Origin: Candidatus Heimdallarchaeota archaeon
GTDB lineage: Archaea; Asgardarchaeota; Heimdallarchaeia; Heimdallarchaeales; Kariarchaeaceae
DNA length: 47,146 bases
Assembly: GCA_015523565.1 (NCBI GenBank)
Contig: WAKA01000009.1
Location: forward strand, 1 to 47,146
Direction of reading: 5' to 3'
Made by a program: the position numbers and the translations under genes. Below, in pieces: positions 9,759 through 19,295 of this stretch; position 1 is the first letter of the stretch, and each line of letters opens with the position of its first letter. The notes beneath the pieces were generated by a model, which made no database searches, had not been told where the DNA came from, and saw only the letters and a program-made list of their open reading frames with translations.

Positions 9759-10610
9759 ATGATAAAAAACCTAGCAGTTATTGGTGCAGGGCAAATGGGT
9801 GCTGGCATCGCACTCGTCTGTGCTGTTAATGGCTATGAGGTAACCCTCAACGATATTGACCAAAAATTCATCGACAGTGGGTTGGAAAGAAACAAAAAAT
9901 GGCTGGATAGGCAGGTCTCAAAAGAACGGATGACACAACAGGAGGCTGATGAAATTTGGAACAGAATGACTGGTGAAGTGGATCTGCAAAAAGCAGTATC
10001 TGAAAAAGACATGGTTATTGAGGCCATAATCGAAAACCTTGACATTAAAAAGGATGTATGGACAAAAATAGGTAACTACGCCCCAGAGCATGCCATTTTT
10101 GGATCAAACACCTCATCTCTCTCAATTACCGAAATGGCTGTGGCATCAGGTCGCCCTGAAAAATTCTTGGGAACACACTTTTTTAATCCACCTGTGATCA
10201 TGAAAATCATTGAATTCATCAAGGGCTATTCCACCTCTCAAGAAACATTGGAAACAGCTATTGAATTCGGAAAATCATTGGGCATGAAAACAGTCATTGC
10301 CGCAGAGGCTCCTGGATTCATTGTCAATCGTATCCTCATCCCCATGCTTAATGAGGCATACTTTGCTCTTCAAGAAGGTGTTGCCACAAAAGAAGACATC
10401 GATCTCGCCGTAAAAATGGGTTTGAACCACCCAATGGGTCCTCTAACCCTCTCGGATTTCATTGGGTTGGATACCATACTCTATATCGCAGAATATCTAC
10501 ATAAGGAATTGGGTGAGGATAAATATCGACCTTGTCCCTTGCTCAGAAAAATGGTAAGGGCTGGCAAGCTTGGCAGAAAAACTGGTGAAGGGTTCTATAA
10601 ATACGATTGA
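9759..10610 (+). CDS. hbd: 3-hydroxybutyryl-CoA (3-hydroxyacyl-CoA) dehydrogenase
   Basis: GAGQMG Rossmann motif, IEAIIE, SNTSSLSI, HFFNP, PGFIVNR, HPMGP, LGRKTGEGFY. Confidence 0.93.
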   Translation: MIKNLAVIGAGQMGAGIALVCAVNGYEVTLNDIDQKFIDSGLERNKKWLDRQVSKERMTQQEADEIWNRMTGEVDLQKAVSEKDMVIEAIIENLDIKKDVWTKIGNYAPEHAIFGSNTSSLSITEMAVASGRPEKFLGTHFFNPPVIMKIIEFIKGYSTSQETLETAIEFGKSLGMKTVIAAEAPGFIVNRILIPMLNEAYFALQEGVATKEDIDLAVKMGLNHPMGPLTLSDFIGLDTILYIAEYLHKELGEDKYRPCPLLRKMVRAGKLGRKTGEGFYKYD

Positions 10611-10664
10611 GCCTTCCGAACCCCAGTCATCATTGTTAAGAAGGGTTTTTGACAGATAATAATT

Positions 10665-11063
10665 ATGGTCAAAATTTCCCAAATTGCAATTGCAGTGCCA
10701 GAAATAGAAAAGGCAAAAAAGGTCTTTGAAGCACTTACTGAAACATCTGCAAGCTCTCCCCATCTTGTTGAAACTCAAAAAGTCAATGTTTCATTCATTC
10801 AAGTTGGAGACACTAAAATTGAACTGTTGGAACCTGCCTCAGATAAAACCCCTATTACAAATTTCCTTCAAAAAAGAGGCAGTGGAATACATCATATTGG
10901 GATCAAAGTGAAGGAATTTGAAGAAACGATAAAAAAAATGAAGGCATTGGGTGTCCGTACCCTCGGTGATCCCACTGTTGGTGCTGAAGGGCATCGTGTT
11001 GTTTTCTTCCATCCCAAGGACACACATGGTGTACTTATTGAGCTTGAAGAGGATCTGGAATGA
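10665..11063 (+). CDS. mce: Methylmalonyl-CoA epimerase (VOC fold)
   Basis: QIAIAV, QKVNV, IELLEP, GIHHI, FFHPK..HGVLIEL. Confidence 0.88.
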   Translation: MVKISQIAIAVPEIEKAKKVFEALTETSASSPHLVETQKVNVSFIQVGDTKIELLEPASDKTPITNFLQKRGSGIHHIGIKVKEFEETIKKMKALGVRTLGDPTVGAEGHRVVFFHPKDTHGVLIELEEDLE

Positions 11064-11611
11064 ACGGTTGGATTGCCCCAAATTCATTTCCTGGTTGGTA
11101 TGTTCTGCACAAAGTCGAAACTGGTTCAACAAATGATGATAGTGCAGAATTGCTGGATGAGGGGTATGAAAAAGTCATTGTAACGGCAGAAGTTCAACAC
11201 CATGGGCGAGGCAGAAAAGGAAACTTTTGGCATTCTCCAAAAGGTGGATGCTGGATTTCCATTGGCTTTAATTGCAATCTCCCTGTGATGGAATTAAGTA
11301 CTCCTCTTGTTGAAACCCTTGCCATAAAATTTTCCAATAACTTCAAAACCAAATTTAATGTAAAACAACCAAATGATATTTTCTTAAATGGAAAAAAAGT
11401 GCTGGGATTGCTAATCGACACCATAATTGTTGATCAAACAATTAAACGTCTTATTCTTGGAGTGGGTGTAAATGTAAACAATCCCCTCCCTGAACCAATC
11501 ATGGATATAGCAACTTCCTTGAAGAATGAGGGCATTCAGACAACCCCGGCAGAAGTGGCAATGTTAATCTGCAACAGCGCATTGCCTTTTTTCAAACAAC
11601 TTACTGGGTAA
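11060..11611 (+). CDS. birA: Biotin-protein ligase, catalytic domain only
   Basis: STND, QHHGRGRKG..WHSPKG, KQPND, GKKVLGLL, GVGVNV; ATGA overlap with mce. Confidence 0.88.
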   Translation: MNGWIAPNSFPGWYVLHKVETGSTNDDSAELLDEGYEKVIVTAEVQHHGRGRKGNFWHSPKGGCWISIGFNCNLPVMELSTPLVETLAIKFSNNFKTKFNVKQPNDIFLNGKKVLGLLIDTIIVDQTIKRLILGVGVNVNNPLPEPIMDIATSLKNEGIQTTPAEVAMLICNSALPFFKQLTG

Positions 11612-11662
11612 CGCGAAATGATGAAAAGAGAGTCAATGATCCTTCATGGAAATGAAAACACC

Positions 11663-12322
11663 CTAATTTTTCTGATCGCGTTTTTCCAGTACAAACTGCG
11701 TAATGAATTTGCCTCGTTCTAACATGGATGCTCTCCCAAATTCCTTGAACTGATGATAGGAGCAAATAATGCCATGGTTATCCTCCAGTTCCATGGAGAG
11801 TCTCTCACGATCTATCATTTGTGAATATGCTTGGGAAAGGACAAACACGACCCTTTCAAATCTCTCTGATAAAATATATGACTTGAGTATTTCTCCCAAC
11901 CTGTTCTTTTTCCAAAATGTCTTTACAGTCCCCATCCCCTCAAGCTTATCAACTGACTTTAAATCATAGTTTCTTATGGGGTCATCAAACAAAATCAATC
12001 CATAAAATGGTGTGACAATCACAGCATCAAGATCTTGATCTTCCCCAATGGTATGCCATACCTCAATTGGGATTTTTGAAAAAGTCCTGCCAGTACACCT
12101 TTGATAAGCAGGCATCAAAGCCACTGTTTTCTCTTTACTTGGTTCTGTATCAAATGCTGGCTTTTCTCCAGTCTTTTGAAGAATTTCGGTTCTCAATGCC
12201 AACAATTTTTCTGCTTCTTTCCGCGGCAATGACTCCAAAAATGTATGCCTTTTCTTTTTAAAATCTGTAATTCCTCCTGCTTGCTTGGATTTTGAAGTTG
12301 CCGTGACAATTAATGTTTTCAT
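11663..12322 (-). CDS. YaaA/DUF328-like protein
   Basis: MPAYQRCTG..F and FYGLILFDDPIRNYDL resemble YaaA motifs PA..RYTG and YGll...d.I..Y.l. Confidence 0.6.
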   Translation of the reverse strand: MKTLIVTATSKSKQAGGITDFKKKRHTFLESLPRKEAEKLLALRTEILQKTGEKPAFDTEPSKEKTVALMPAYQRCTGRTFSKIPIEVWHTIGEDQDLDAVIVTPFYGLILFDDPIRNYDLKSVDKLEGMGTVKTFWKKNRLGEILKSYILSERFERVVFVLSQAYSQMIDRERLSMELEDNHGIICSYHQFKEFGRASMLERGKFITQFVLEKRDQKN

Positions 12323-12364
12323 TGCTTTCTTAATGATTCCCCGATTTTAATGTTTTATATCCTT

Positions 12365-12775
12365 CTAAAAATCAATTCTTCTTCTTTGGCAATATTCTTC
12401 ACTGAATTTATAGTAATGCTTGATCTCCATTTCCCCCATCTTATAGCACAGAAATACGGGTTCCAACTTTCTTAAGGTGATAAATGCAATAATTCCCCTC
12501 TCCCAATCCCTGACAAGGACATCGTTTCTCAAAAACCTCAAGTTCAGATCATGAAGTCTTTCCGTAATCTCATCCAATTGAAACCTTTTAAGTGTGACAA
12601 CTGTTGGATCCTCGCCTTCCATTAACAGTAATTCTCTTTTCAACTCTTTATATCTCAGAAATAAATTAACCGCCTCCCTTAGCAATGGTTCAATGATATG
12701 GATCTTTTCCTGAGCCTCATGCAAATGAATTGCCCTGACAGGAATTTTCTGGTTTTGGAAGAGATCTTCGTTCAT
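12365..12775 (-). CDS. DUF2203-family protein
   Basis: LHEAQEKI..IEPLL; VRDWERGIIAF; VFLCYKMGEMEIKHYY; RRRI end. Confidence 0.7.
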   Translation of the reverse strand: MNEDLFQNQKIPVRAIHLHEAQEKIHIIEPLLREAVNLFLRYKELKRELLLMEGEDPTVVTLKRFQLDEITERLHDLNLRFLRNDVLVRDWERGIIAFITLRKLEPVFLCYKMGEMEIKHYYKFSEEYCQRRRIDF

Positions 12776-12816
12776 CTGCTAATTTATTGGTTAAGTATTA
12801 ATTAACTTTTCTTGTA

Positions 12817-13914
12817 TCACTGACCAACCTTTTCATCAACAGACCCTTTGTCTATCAGGCCTGTCTTCTCCAATGCTTTGATGACTGCCCTTCTCGTTAC
12901 TCCTGTCGCCAATATGGTATATCTTTCTGGTCTAATGCTCTGTGCCGTTAAAATTGCATTGACCAGCATCTCTGGGTCAACTCCGATTTGAGAGACATGG
13001 GTCGGCGCCCCAATGATTTCCAATGTTTCCTTTATCTCCTGCCAATTGCCCCCGTGCAAATACATTGTGAAAATTGACATCATTCCAACTTGTTCCCCAT
13101 GAAGTGCTGGATGTTCCACTAATTGATCGAGACTATGCGAAATCAAATGCTCTGCTCCACTCGCAGGTCGGGACGATCCATCAATGCACATTGCCATTGA
13201 ACTTGTTATCAATCCTTTAAAAACGTGATAAGCCCCCTTTATGGGATCCTTTGCTATCTCTTCCCTTGCTTCTATCATTGAAATTGCTGAAATCTCTGCT
13301 AAGGTGGATGCATAGGATGACATATGTTCTCCTGTTATCCGTCGTGATAATTCCCAATCCAAAATGGCTGTCTTGTTTGAAATGATGTCTGCACAACCCG
13401 AAATGGTAAATCTCCTTGGTGCCTTTGCCAAAACTGAAATGTCTCCTACAACAAGAATGGGTGCTTTTGCTGGAAATGATCCCTTGACATCAACACCATA
13501 AAGGGATGCTCTTGCGCTTGCAATCCCATCATGGGATGCCGCAGTCGGGACAGAAACAAAAGGGATATTATACTCATGCGAAGAGAATTTGGTCACATCT
13601 ATTACCTTGCCTCCTCCCACAGCTACTGCAAAATCTGCATTTATTTCCTCATAAAATTTTTCTGCCTCCTTCGCAACTTCTGTTGTTGCTTCCTTGATCT
13701 TAAGGATTTGAACTTCTTTGCCTGCTTCCTCCAAAACCTCTTTCACTTTTTTCCCAGCAACTTTATAGGTTGTATTACCTGATAATAATGCGACAGTGTC
13801 CTTTAATTGCAGTTTCTCAACATTTTCACCTATGTTTTCTATCGCGTGAAGCTTTACATCAAAAAGCCTTGGCAATTCAATAGTGGGTCTATCTATTATT
13901 CTTGCAAAACTCAC
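12817..13914 (-). CDS. egsA: sn-glycerol-1-phosphate dehydrogenase
   Basis: GGGKVIDVTK, VPTAASHDGIAS, SSRPASGAEHLISHSLD, LHGEQVG, IRPERYTIL; GTG start. Confidence 0.95.
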   Translation of the reverse strand: MSFARIIDRPTIELPRLFDVKLHAIENIGENVEKLQLKDTVALLSGNTTYKVAGKKVKEVLEEAGKEVQILKIKEATTEVAKEAEKFYEEINADFAVAVGGGKVIDVTKFSSHEYNIPFVSVPTAASHDGIASARASLYGVDVKGSFPAKAPILVVGDISVLAKAPRRFTISGCADIISNKTAILDWELSRRITGEHMSSYASTLAEISAISMIEAREEIAKDPIKGAYHVFKGLITSSMAMCIDGSSRPASGAEHLISHSLDQLVEHPALHGEQVGMMSIFTMYLHGGNWQEIKETLEIIGAPTHVSQIGVDPEMLVNAILTAQSIRPERYTILATGVTRRAVIKALEKTGLIDKGSVDEKVGQ

Positions 13915-13992
13915 TAATTTCTATACAACTTTACTATTAAAACTATTGTCTTTAAAAAATTTGAAAATAAATATTTTTAATTCTAATTACGT

Positions 13993-15384
13993 TTAATTTC
14001 TTCTTCTCTTAAAGTGGACTATTGTTGCGAAACTGAACAAGGTGACCAATGCAAGGTAAAGTCCAAATCCAGGTCCTTCTTTTGCTTTTACAGGTGAAAA
14101 TGAGGGTGTTTCTGTGACACCACCAGGCCATGTGATGGTTCCTGTAATTGACATTCCTGAGGTTTCGTCCCATGAGCCAACTACTGCAAACTTGTCTCCC
14201 TGCAGGTTCACAATGTCATAAAGTGCGTTCCTGTCTCCCTGTGAGTTGAAGGTGACATGTCCTGTTGCTCCCATGAAGTCAGTCTTCTTCAATTCAGCAA
14301 GCAAAAGATCACCGTCATTGTAATCCTTGCTGTCCTTTACCAACCTTTCAATTGCATAGGCAAAAGCAAAGACTGCGTCATATGCAAAGCTTGCATAGGT
14401 GTTGGGTGTTCTGTCACCACACCCTGTGTATGTGTTATTGTCCTTGCCATTGCATGTTTCCCACAAATCAAGGAATGCATCGTGAGTTGGACCACTGCCT
14501 CTGTTTGGTGCAGTTCCAATCATTCCTTGCATGTTATCCTTGACTGTTTGGTCGACCGTGCCGTCATCATTCTCGAAGACACCTTCTTGTGTGGGTCCAT
14601 CTGTACCAATCCATACATAGTCTTTTCCAACAAGTCCGACATCGCCTGCTTGGGAGAACACAGTCTTTGCATCACCAACGATGGTGTTCAAGACAATGAC
14701 ATGTGCTCCAGAATCCTTAATTGCCTGCAATTGGGTTTTTACGTCTGGTGCACCTTTGTCAAACCTTTGTGAACTGAGAATTTCAATTCCAAGATCTTTT
14801 GCAGTGTCTTCAACAACTGATATACCGCCTTCACCATAATCGTCAGATGTTGCCAAAGTTGCAATTTGTGTAAAACCAAGATCCTTGATGATGTTTGCAA
14901 TTGCAACTCCCTGTACTGCATCAGAGGGGACAACTCTCAAGAAGTATGGATATACTGTCTTGTTTGAAAGGTCTGGATTGGTTGATGAGTAGGAAATCTG
15001 TGGTATTTTGTTCTGTTCTGCAACAGCGGCAATGGCCTTTGAGACTGAGGATGATGCCGCTCCAACAAAACCAACAACTCCTGCTGCTGCCAATTCCTCT
15101 GCTGCTGACTTTCCAGTTGTTGGATCTGTGGCTGTGTCCTTGACAACCAATTCCAATGTGTATCCGCTGAGCAATGAGTCATTCGCATTGATGACATCAA
15201 CTGCCATTTGGGCGGCTGCTCTTCTTTCAACACCACCTGCTTGGAGCTTGCCCGTAAGTGGGAAAAGTCCACCAAGCTTAATTGTTGTGGTCTGATGAAG
15301 TTCAAGTGCTGTACCATTGCTCATTGGTGCCAACATCATCAAACCCAAAACAATTGTCAAATAAACAATGTTTCTTTTATTCAT
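13993..15384 (-). CDS. Liv-type substrate-binding protein (ANF_receptor/Venus-flytrap fold) with signal peptide and PGF-CTERM-like anchor
   Basis: Start moved to ATG 15384 (GGAGG upstream, signal peptide MNKRNIVYLTIVLG); IPQISYSST, FLRVVPSD, DDYG; C-terminus PGFG-TM-KRRRN; divergent from livFHMG. Confidence 0.88.
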   Translation of the reverse strand: MNKRNIVYLTIVLGLMMLAPMSNGTALELHQTTTIKLGGLFPLTGKLQAGGVERRAAAQMAVDVINANDSLLSGYTLELVVKDTATDPTTGKSAAEELAAAGVVGFVGAASSSVSKAIAAVAEQNKIPQISYSSTNPDLSNKTVYPYFLRVVPSDAVQGVAIANIIKDLGFTQIATLATSDDYGEGGISVVEDTAKDLGIEILSSQRFDKGAPDVKTQLQAIKDSGAHVIVLNTIVGDAKTVFSQAGDVGLVGKDYVWIGTDGPTQEGVFENDDGTVDQTVKDNMQGMIGTAPNRGSGPTHDAFLDLWETCNGKDNNTYTGCGDRTPNTYASFAYDAVFAFAYAIERLVKDSKDYNDGDLLLAELKKTDFMGATGHVTFNSQGDRNALYDIVNLQGDKFAVVGSWDETSGMSITGTITWPGGVTETPSFSPVKAKEGPGFGLYLALVTLFSFATIVHFKRRRN

Positions 15385-15653
15385 GTTCTTTCCTCCAAAT
15401 TGCAACGCTTTTTTCGCACCAACCATTCGGTTCTCGAAATGTGCTGTCGCGTTGCAATTTTGCTAATATGTCAAATTTGGCTTATAAGACTTTCTATTTT
15501 TTTGTGAATGAATCATAATTCTCAATTCCGTAAAAGTCATCACCTATTTTCTATTGATTAAGAATAACAATTATAAAGCAATCCGAAAATCAGAATAAAA
15601 TTACATATCCCGTAAGGAGGATGATATGACTGAAAGTAATAGAAACACAAAAT

Positions 15654-16358
15654 TTGGTTAGCGGTTATGGAAAACTCCAAATCATTAATGGAGTTGACAT
15701 TGAATTGAATAAAGGGGAATTGGTTACAATAATAGGTCCAAATGGATCTGGCAAATCAACATTAGTAAAAACAATAATTGGACTTGTCCCAAGCTGGTCT
15801 GGTAAAATCATAATCAACGAAAAATTGGACATAACTGGCATGAAGCCTTATGATATTGTCACCAAACAAGTCCCAATCAACTACGTGCCACAGGTCAACA
15901 ATGTTTTCCCAACATTGACGATTGAGGAAAATCTTCTTTTGGGCGCTCTCCCCAGGAAAAAAGATCCTAAAGAGAAAATCCAAGAGGACATGGAAAAAAT
16001 CTTTGAAATTTTTCCACGGCTAAAGGAGCGGCTCTCTCAAAAAGCTGCGCTTCTTTCTGGCGGTGAAAGGCAAATGCTTGCCCTTGGCAGAGCATTGATG
16101 TCAAATCCAGACATTTTGATTTTGGATGAGCCTACAGCTGCATTAGCGCCTGTTCTTGCGGATGAAATATTCAACAAAATTATTGAACTGAAAAAACTGG
16201 GGCTAAGCATATTGCTTGTGGAACAGAGGGCAACACGTGCCTTGAAAATCAGTGACAGGGGTTATGTCTTGGTCTCTGGAAAGGTTGCTTTTGAAGACAA
16301 GGCCGAGAATCTCATAAACAATGAAAAAGTTGGAGAACTTTATTTAGGAAAGAGGTGA
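15654..16358 (+). CDS. livF: Branched-chain amino acid ABC transporter ATPase LivF (true start probably about 15626-15630)
   Basis: SGYG, GPNGSGKS, YVPQ..NVFP.LT.EENL, LSGGERQMLA, DEPT, LLVEQ, YLG. Confidence 0.9.
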   Translation: MVSGYGKLQIINGVDIELNKGELVTIIGPNGSGKSTLVKTIIGLVPSWSGKIIINEKLDITGMKPYDIVTKQVPINYVPQVNNVFPTLTIEENLLLGALPRKKDPKEKIQEDMEKIFEIFPRLKERLSQKAALLSGGERQMLALGRALMSNPDILILDEPTAALAPVLADEIFNKIIELKKLGLSILLVEQRATRALKISDRGYVLVSGKVAFEDKAENLINNEKVGELYLGKR

Positions 16359-17590
16359 ATGATATGAGTGAAGAAGACAAAGAAATTCAAAAAATTATTG
16401 ATGAACTCAATGAGGAGGAAATCAAGGAAATTCAAGAGGTGAAAACAGAGAAACAATCATTTGTCACGGATCATCCCATTGTTTCTCTTGTTATTGCGAT
16501 TCTAATATTTATTCCAATTGCATGGGTTTTTTCCGTATTCACTTTCACCAACTTGTTGCAACAGTTCCTTTTCTCTGTTGAAAGGGCTGCATTGTATGTA
16601 ATGGTGTGTGTAGGCTTAACCCTGACAACTAGAGTTCTTAAATTCGCAAACTTTGCACATGCGGAGTTCCTTACCATTGGTGTTTATACTGGTTTGGTTA
16701 TTACATCTTTCACAAATGCGTCTGAGATTTGTTTAGGGGATTTCTGCCTTGACAATATCTTTTTGCTATCCATTTTCATCTTCATCATCACGGGTGCATT
16801 TGCAGTTCTTGGTGAAAAACTAATTTTTGGTCCCCTAAGAAAAAGAAATGCCACTCCATTGTCGCTTATGGTTGCTTCAATTGGATTTGGTCTGGTCATC
16901 AGGCAACTCGTGTCTGACTTTTTCGGGGGTCGTGATCAAAAGATTGATCTTCAATATCCTCCTTTCTTTGATAAGGTTGGATCGAATCTTGAATCAATCC
17001 CTGTTTTGAAAATCTTCTCAATTTGGTTCAGTGAAAGAGTCGAATTCAGTATTATTGGAACAACAAAAGTTATTGCCTTCAATCGAAACATGGTTTGGAA
17101 AGTGACTATGATGATAATATTAGTGGTCTTACTCCAACTTTTGTTCAAGAAAACAACACTTGGGATTTCGATGCGAGCAACTGCCGATGATATTGATTTA
17201 GCACAAATAAGCGGAATCAATACCCAGCGCATCATTGATTGGACTTGGTTCATCGCGGGTGGTGTTACTGGTGTCGGTGCATTGTTTTTCTTGGGTCCCC
17301 AAGCATTTGTTCCATTCTCTGGCTTTGCACAACTTCTCATCATATTTGCAGTCGTAACCTTAGGGGGTTTTGATTCTTTTGAGGGGACAATTGTCAGTGC
17401 CTTCATCATCTCTGCAATTCAAACAATGACCATTCTCATCAATTCTAATTTGGATCCTGATAATCCGCTTGTTTTTTGGTCACCCAACAAGGATTGGAGC
17501 TTGGTTGGTCCCTTTGCCACAATTATTGTTGTTCTAATATTCCGACCAAGAGGGCTGTTCGGGTTGGTTGACCCCAAGTCAAAATTATGA
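16355..17590 (+). CDS. livH: Branched-chain amino acid ABC permease LivH (alternative start ATG 16364)
   Basis: GLTL....KFANFAHAEF, KTTLGISMRATADD..LAQISGIN, LGG, FRPRGLFG. Confidence 0.88.
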   Translation: MNDMSEEDKEIQKIIDELNEEEIKEIQEVKTEKQSFVTDHPIVSLVIAILIFIPIAWVFSVFTFTNLLQQFLFSVERAALYVMVCVGLTLTTRVLKFANFAHAEFLTIGVYTGLVITSFTNASEICLGDFCLDNIFLLSIFIFIITGAFAVLGEKLIFGPLRKRNATPLSLMVASIGFGLVIRQLVSDFFGGRDQKIDLQYPPFFDKVGSNLESIPVLKIFSIWFSERVEFSIIGTTKVIAFNRNMVWKVTMMIILVVLLQLLFKKTTLGISMRATADDIDLAQISGINTQRIIDWTWFIAGGVTGVGALFFLGPQAFVPFSGFAQLLIIFAVVTLGGFDSFEGTIVSAFIISAIQTMTILINSNLDPDNPLVFWSPNKDWSLVGPFATIIVVLIFRPRGLFGLVDPKSKL

Positions 17591-17600
17591 GGTGCCTATC

Positions 17601-19295
17601 ATGTACGAAGATACAGATATCCAAAAAATTCTTGAAAAACGAATTGTGAAAAAAGATCAAGGTTATTTGCGCATGCTTTTGGGATTGATAATACTTATAG
17701 CATTGCTCATTATTTTCCTTTGGGCCACATTCTCATCTGGTACTGACCGTAATAAACAATTCAACTTTGTTTTAAGCTCATTTACCCTTATTTTCATTTA
17801 TGCGGCCTTTGCCTTGAGCCTTAACCTTGAAGTCGGTTATGTTGGTCTGCCAAACTTCGGAAAAATTGGTTTCGTTGCTATCGGCGCGTATACTTTTGTG
17901 ATATTGGAAACTACTCAGGGTTCCAATCTTTTTGTCCATGTTTTTTGGTCCGTAATTGCAACGCTTATCTTTGGAGTGCTCATGACTTTACCATCTCTTA
18001 GGTTGAAAGAGGATTATTTTGCAATTGTCACTATTGTTGCAGGTGAAATTGTCCGAACAATTGTTCAGAATGAAGATAAATTTGGTGGTACTTCTGGTAT
18101 TAATTATGTAAATCCAATTTTCAAAAAGTATTCCGCGGATTCATTGGTGAAACACATTTTCATTAATTTTACTTCTTTCTTGTTTCTTCTTGTTATTGTT
18201 GCTATAACTGTTGTAATTGCAATATTTCAATATCGTGGATACCTTAAGGTTAACTCCTCAAAAAGAAGCATGGTTCGTACTTTGGAAAATGCTGACAAGG
18301 TATTTCTCTTTTTCATGCTCATAGGATTTATCATGAATTTTGCTGGAATTATGGATGATGGGCCATCCCTTGGACTTGATCTAATGCTTCTGCTAACATA
18401 TTTCTCAATAAAAATTGCTAAAGCTACTTTGAACATGATCGTTTCCGACAATAAACCAACGACAAATAATGTATTGGTTGGGATTTCTCCCCTCATTATC
18501 CCCATAATATCTATTGTTGTGTTCTTTTTGCTAAGATTCTCAAAAGGTGATACTGTAAGCATTATTTCAACTCCCAAGTGGTATACTGCAATTCTTTCCA
18601 TGTCAATCATGCTAATTGCATATGAGGTCATGAACATAATGGACATATCCCCCTTGGGACGAACATTAAAGGCAATAAGGGATGACGATACTAGTGCCGT
18701 TTCTGTTGGAAAGGGTCTCTTGATTAACAGGCTTAAAGGATTTGTCGTTGCAAGCTTTGTAATTGGATTTGTGGCACCATTTTTCGTGTTCTTTAATGCA
18801 GGTGTAACGCCTGAAACCTATCTGCCCCTTCTCACCTTTATCCTCTATATAATGATCATTATTGGTGGAACGGCTAACAACCGTGGAGTTGTCTTTGGTG
18901 CAGTGACCATCGAGTTGCTTATCTTGACAGCCCAAAGGCTCCAAAGCGTCAATAATGCATTCATACAAAACCTGTCCTACCCATGGGGACAAAAAGTGGA
19001 TCCCGTCAATTGGGCTTATATTATTACAGGAGTACTCCTGATTGTGTTTCTCATTTTTGCTCCTGAAGGATTTTTCCCTGAAAGAAAATACAACAATGAC
19101 AGGTATCTTGACGATCTTTACCTTGCAGACAGGGATGATGACATAGACAAAAGCAAATTCTTGTCAATGCTGGCAAAAGCCTCAAAATCTTCCCTTATCT
19201 ATGGTGAACCCAAGGAGGAAATTCCATCAAATTTCTTCAGCAACTTGTTGGATCAAGTAAAAAATAAATTCAAAGGAGGTTCTGAAAATGAGTGA
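17601..19295 (+). CDS. livM: Branched-chain amino acid ABC permease LivM, enlarged
   Basis: LNLEVGYVGLPNFG, RLKEDYFAIVTI, SPLGRTLKAIRDD, IIGG, PEG; ATG 17601 preceded by GAGGTG. Confidence 0.88.
   Translation: MYEDTDIQKILEKRIVKKDQGYLRMLLGLIILIALLIIFLWATFSSGTDRNKQFNFVLSSFTLIFIYAAFALSLNLEVGYVGLPNFGKIGFVAIGAYTFVILETTQGSNLFVHVFWSVIATLIFGVLMTLPSLRLKEDYFAIVTIVAGEIVRTIVQNEDKFGGTSGINYVNPIFKKYSADSLVKHIFINFTSFLFLLVIVAITVVIAIFQYRGYLKVNSSKRSMVRTLENADKVFLFFMLIGFIMNFAGIMDDGPSLGLDLMLLLTYFSIKIAKATLNMIVSDNKPTTNNVLVGISPLIIPIISIVVFFLLRFSKGDTVSIISTPKWYTAILSMSIMLIAYEVMNIMDISPLGRTLKAIRDDDTSAVSVGKGLLINRLKGFVVASFVIGFVAPFFVFFNAGVTPETYLPLLTFILYIMIIIGGTANNRGVVFGAVTIELLILTAQRLQSVNNAFIQNLSYPWGQKVDPVNWAYIITGVLLIVFLIFAPEGFFPERKYNNDRYLDDLYLADRDDDIDKSKFLSMLAKASKSSLIYGEPKEEIPSNFFSNLLDQVKNKFKGGSENE

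Noticed and set aside
15621-15632. Selenocysteine or stop readthrough at ATG ATA TGA CTG in livF
   Set aside because: This ATG abuts the SD with no spacer, the position is non-catalytic and no SECIS is evident; an indel or CTG start is simpler
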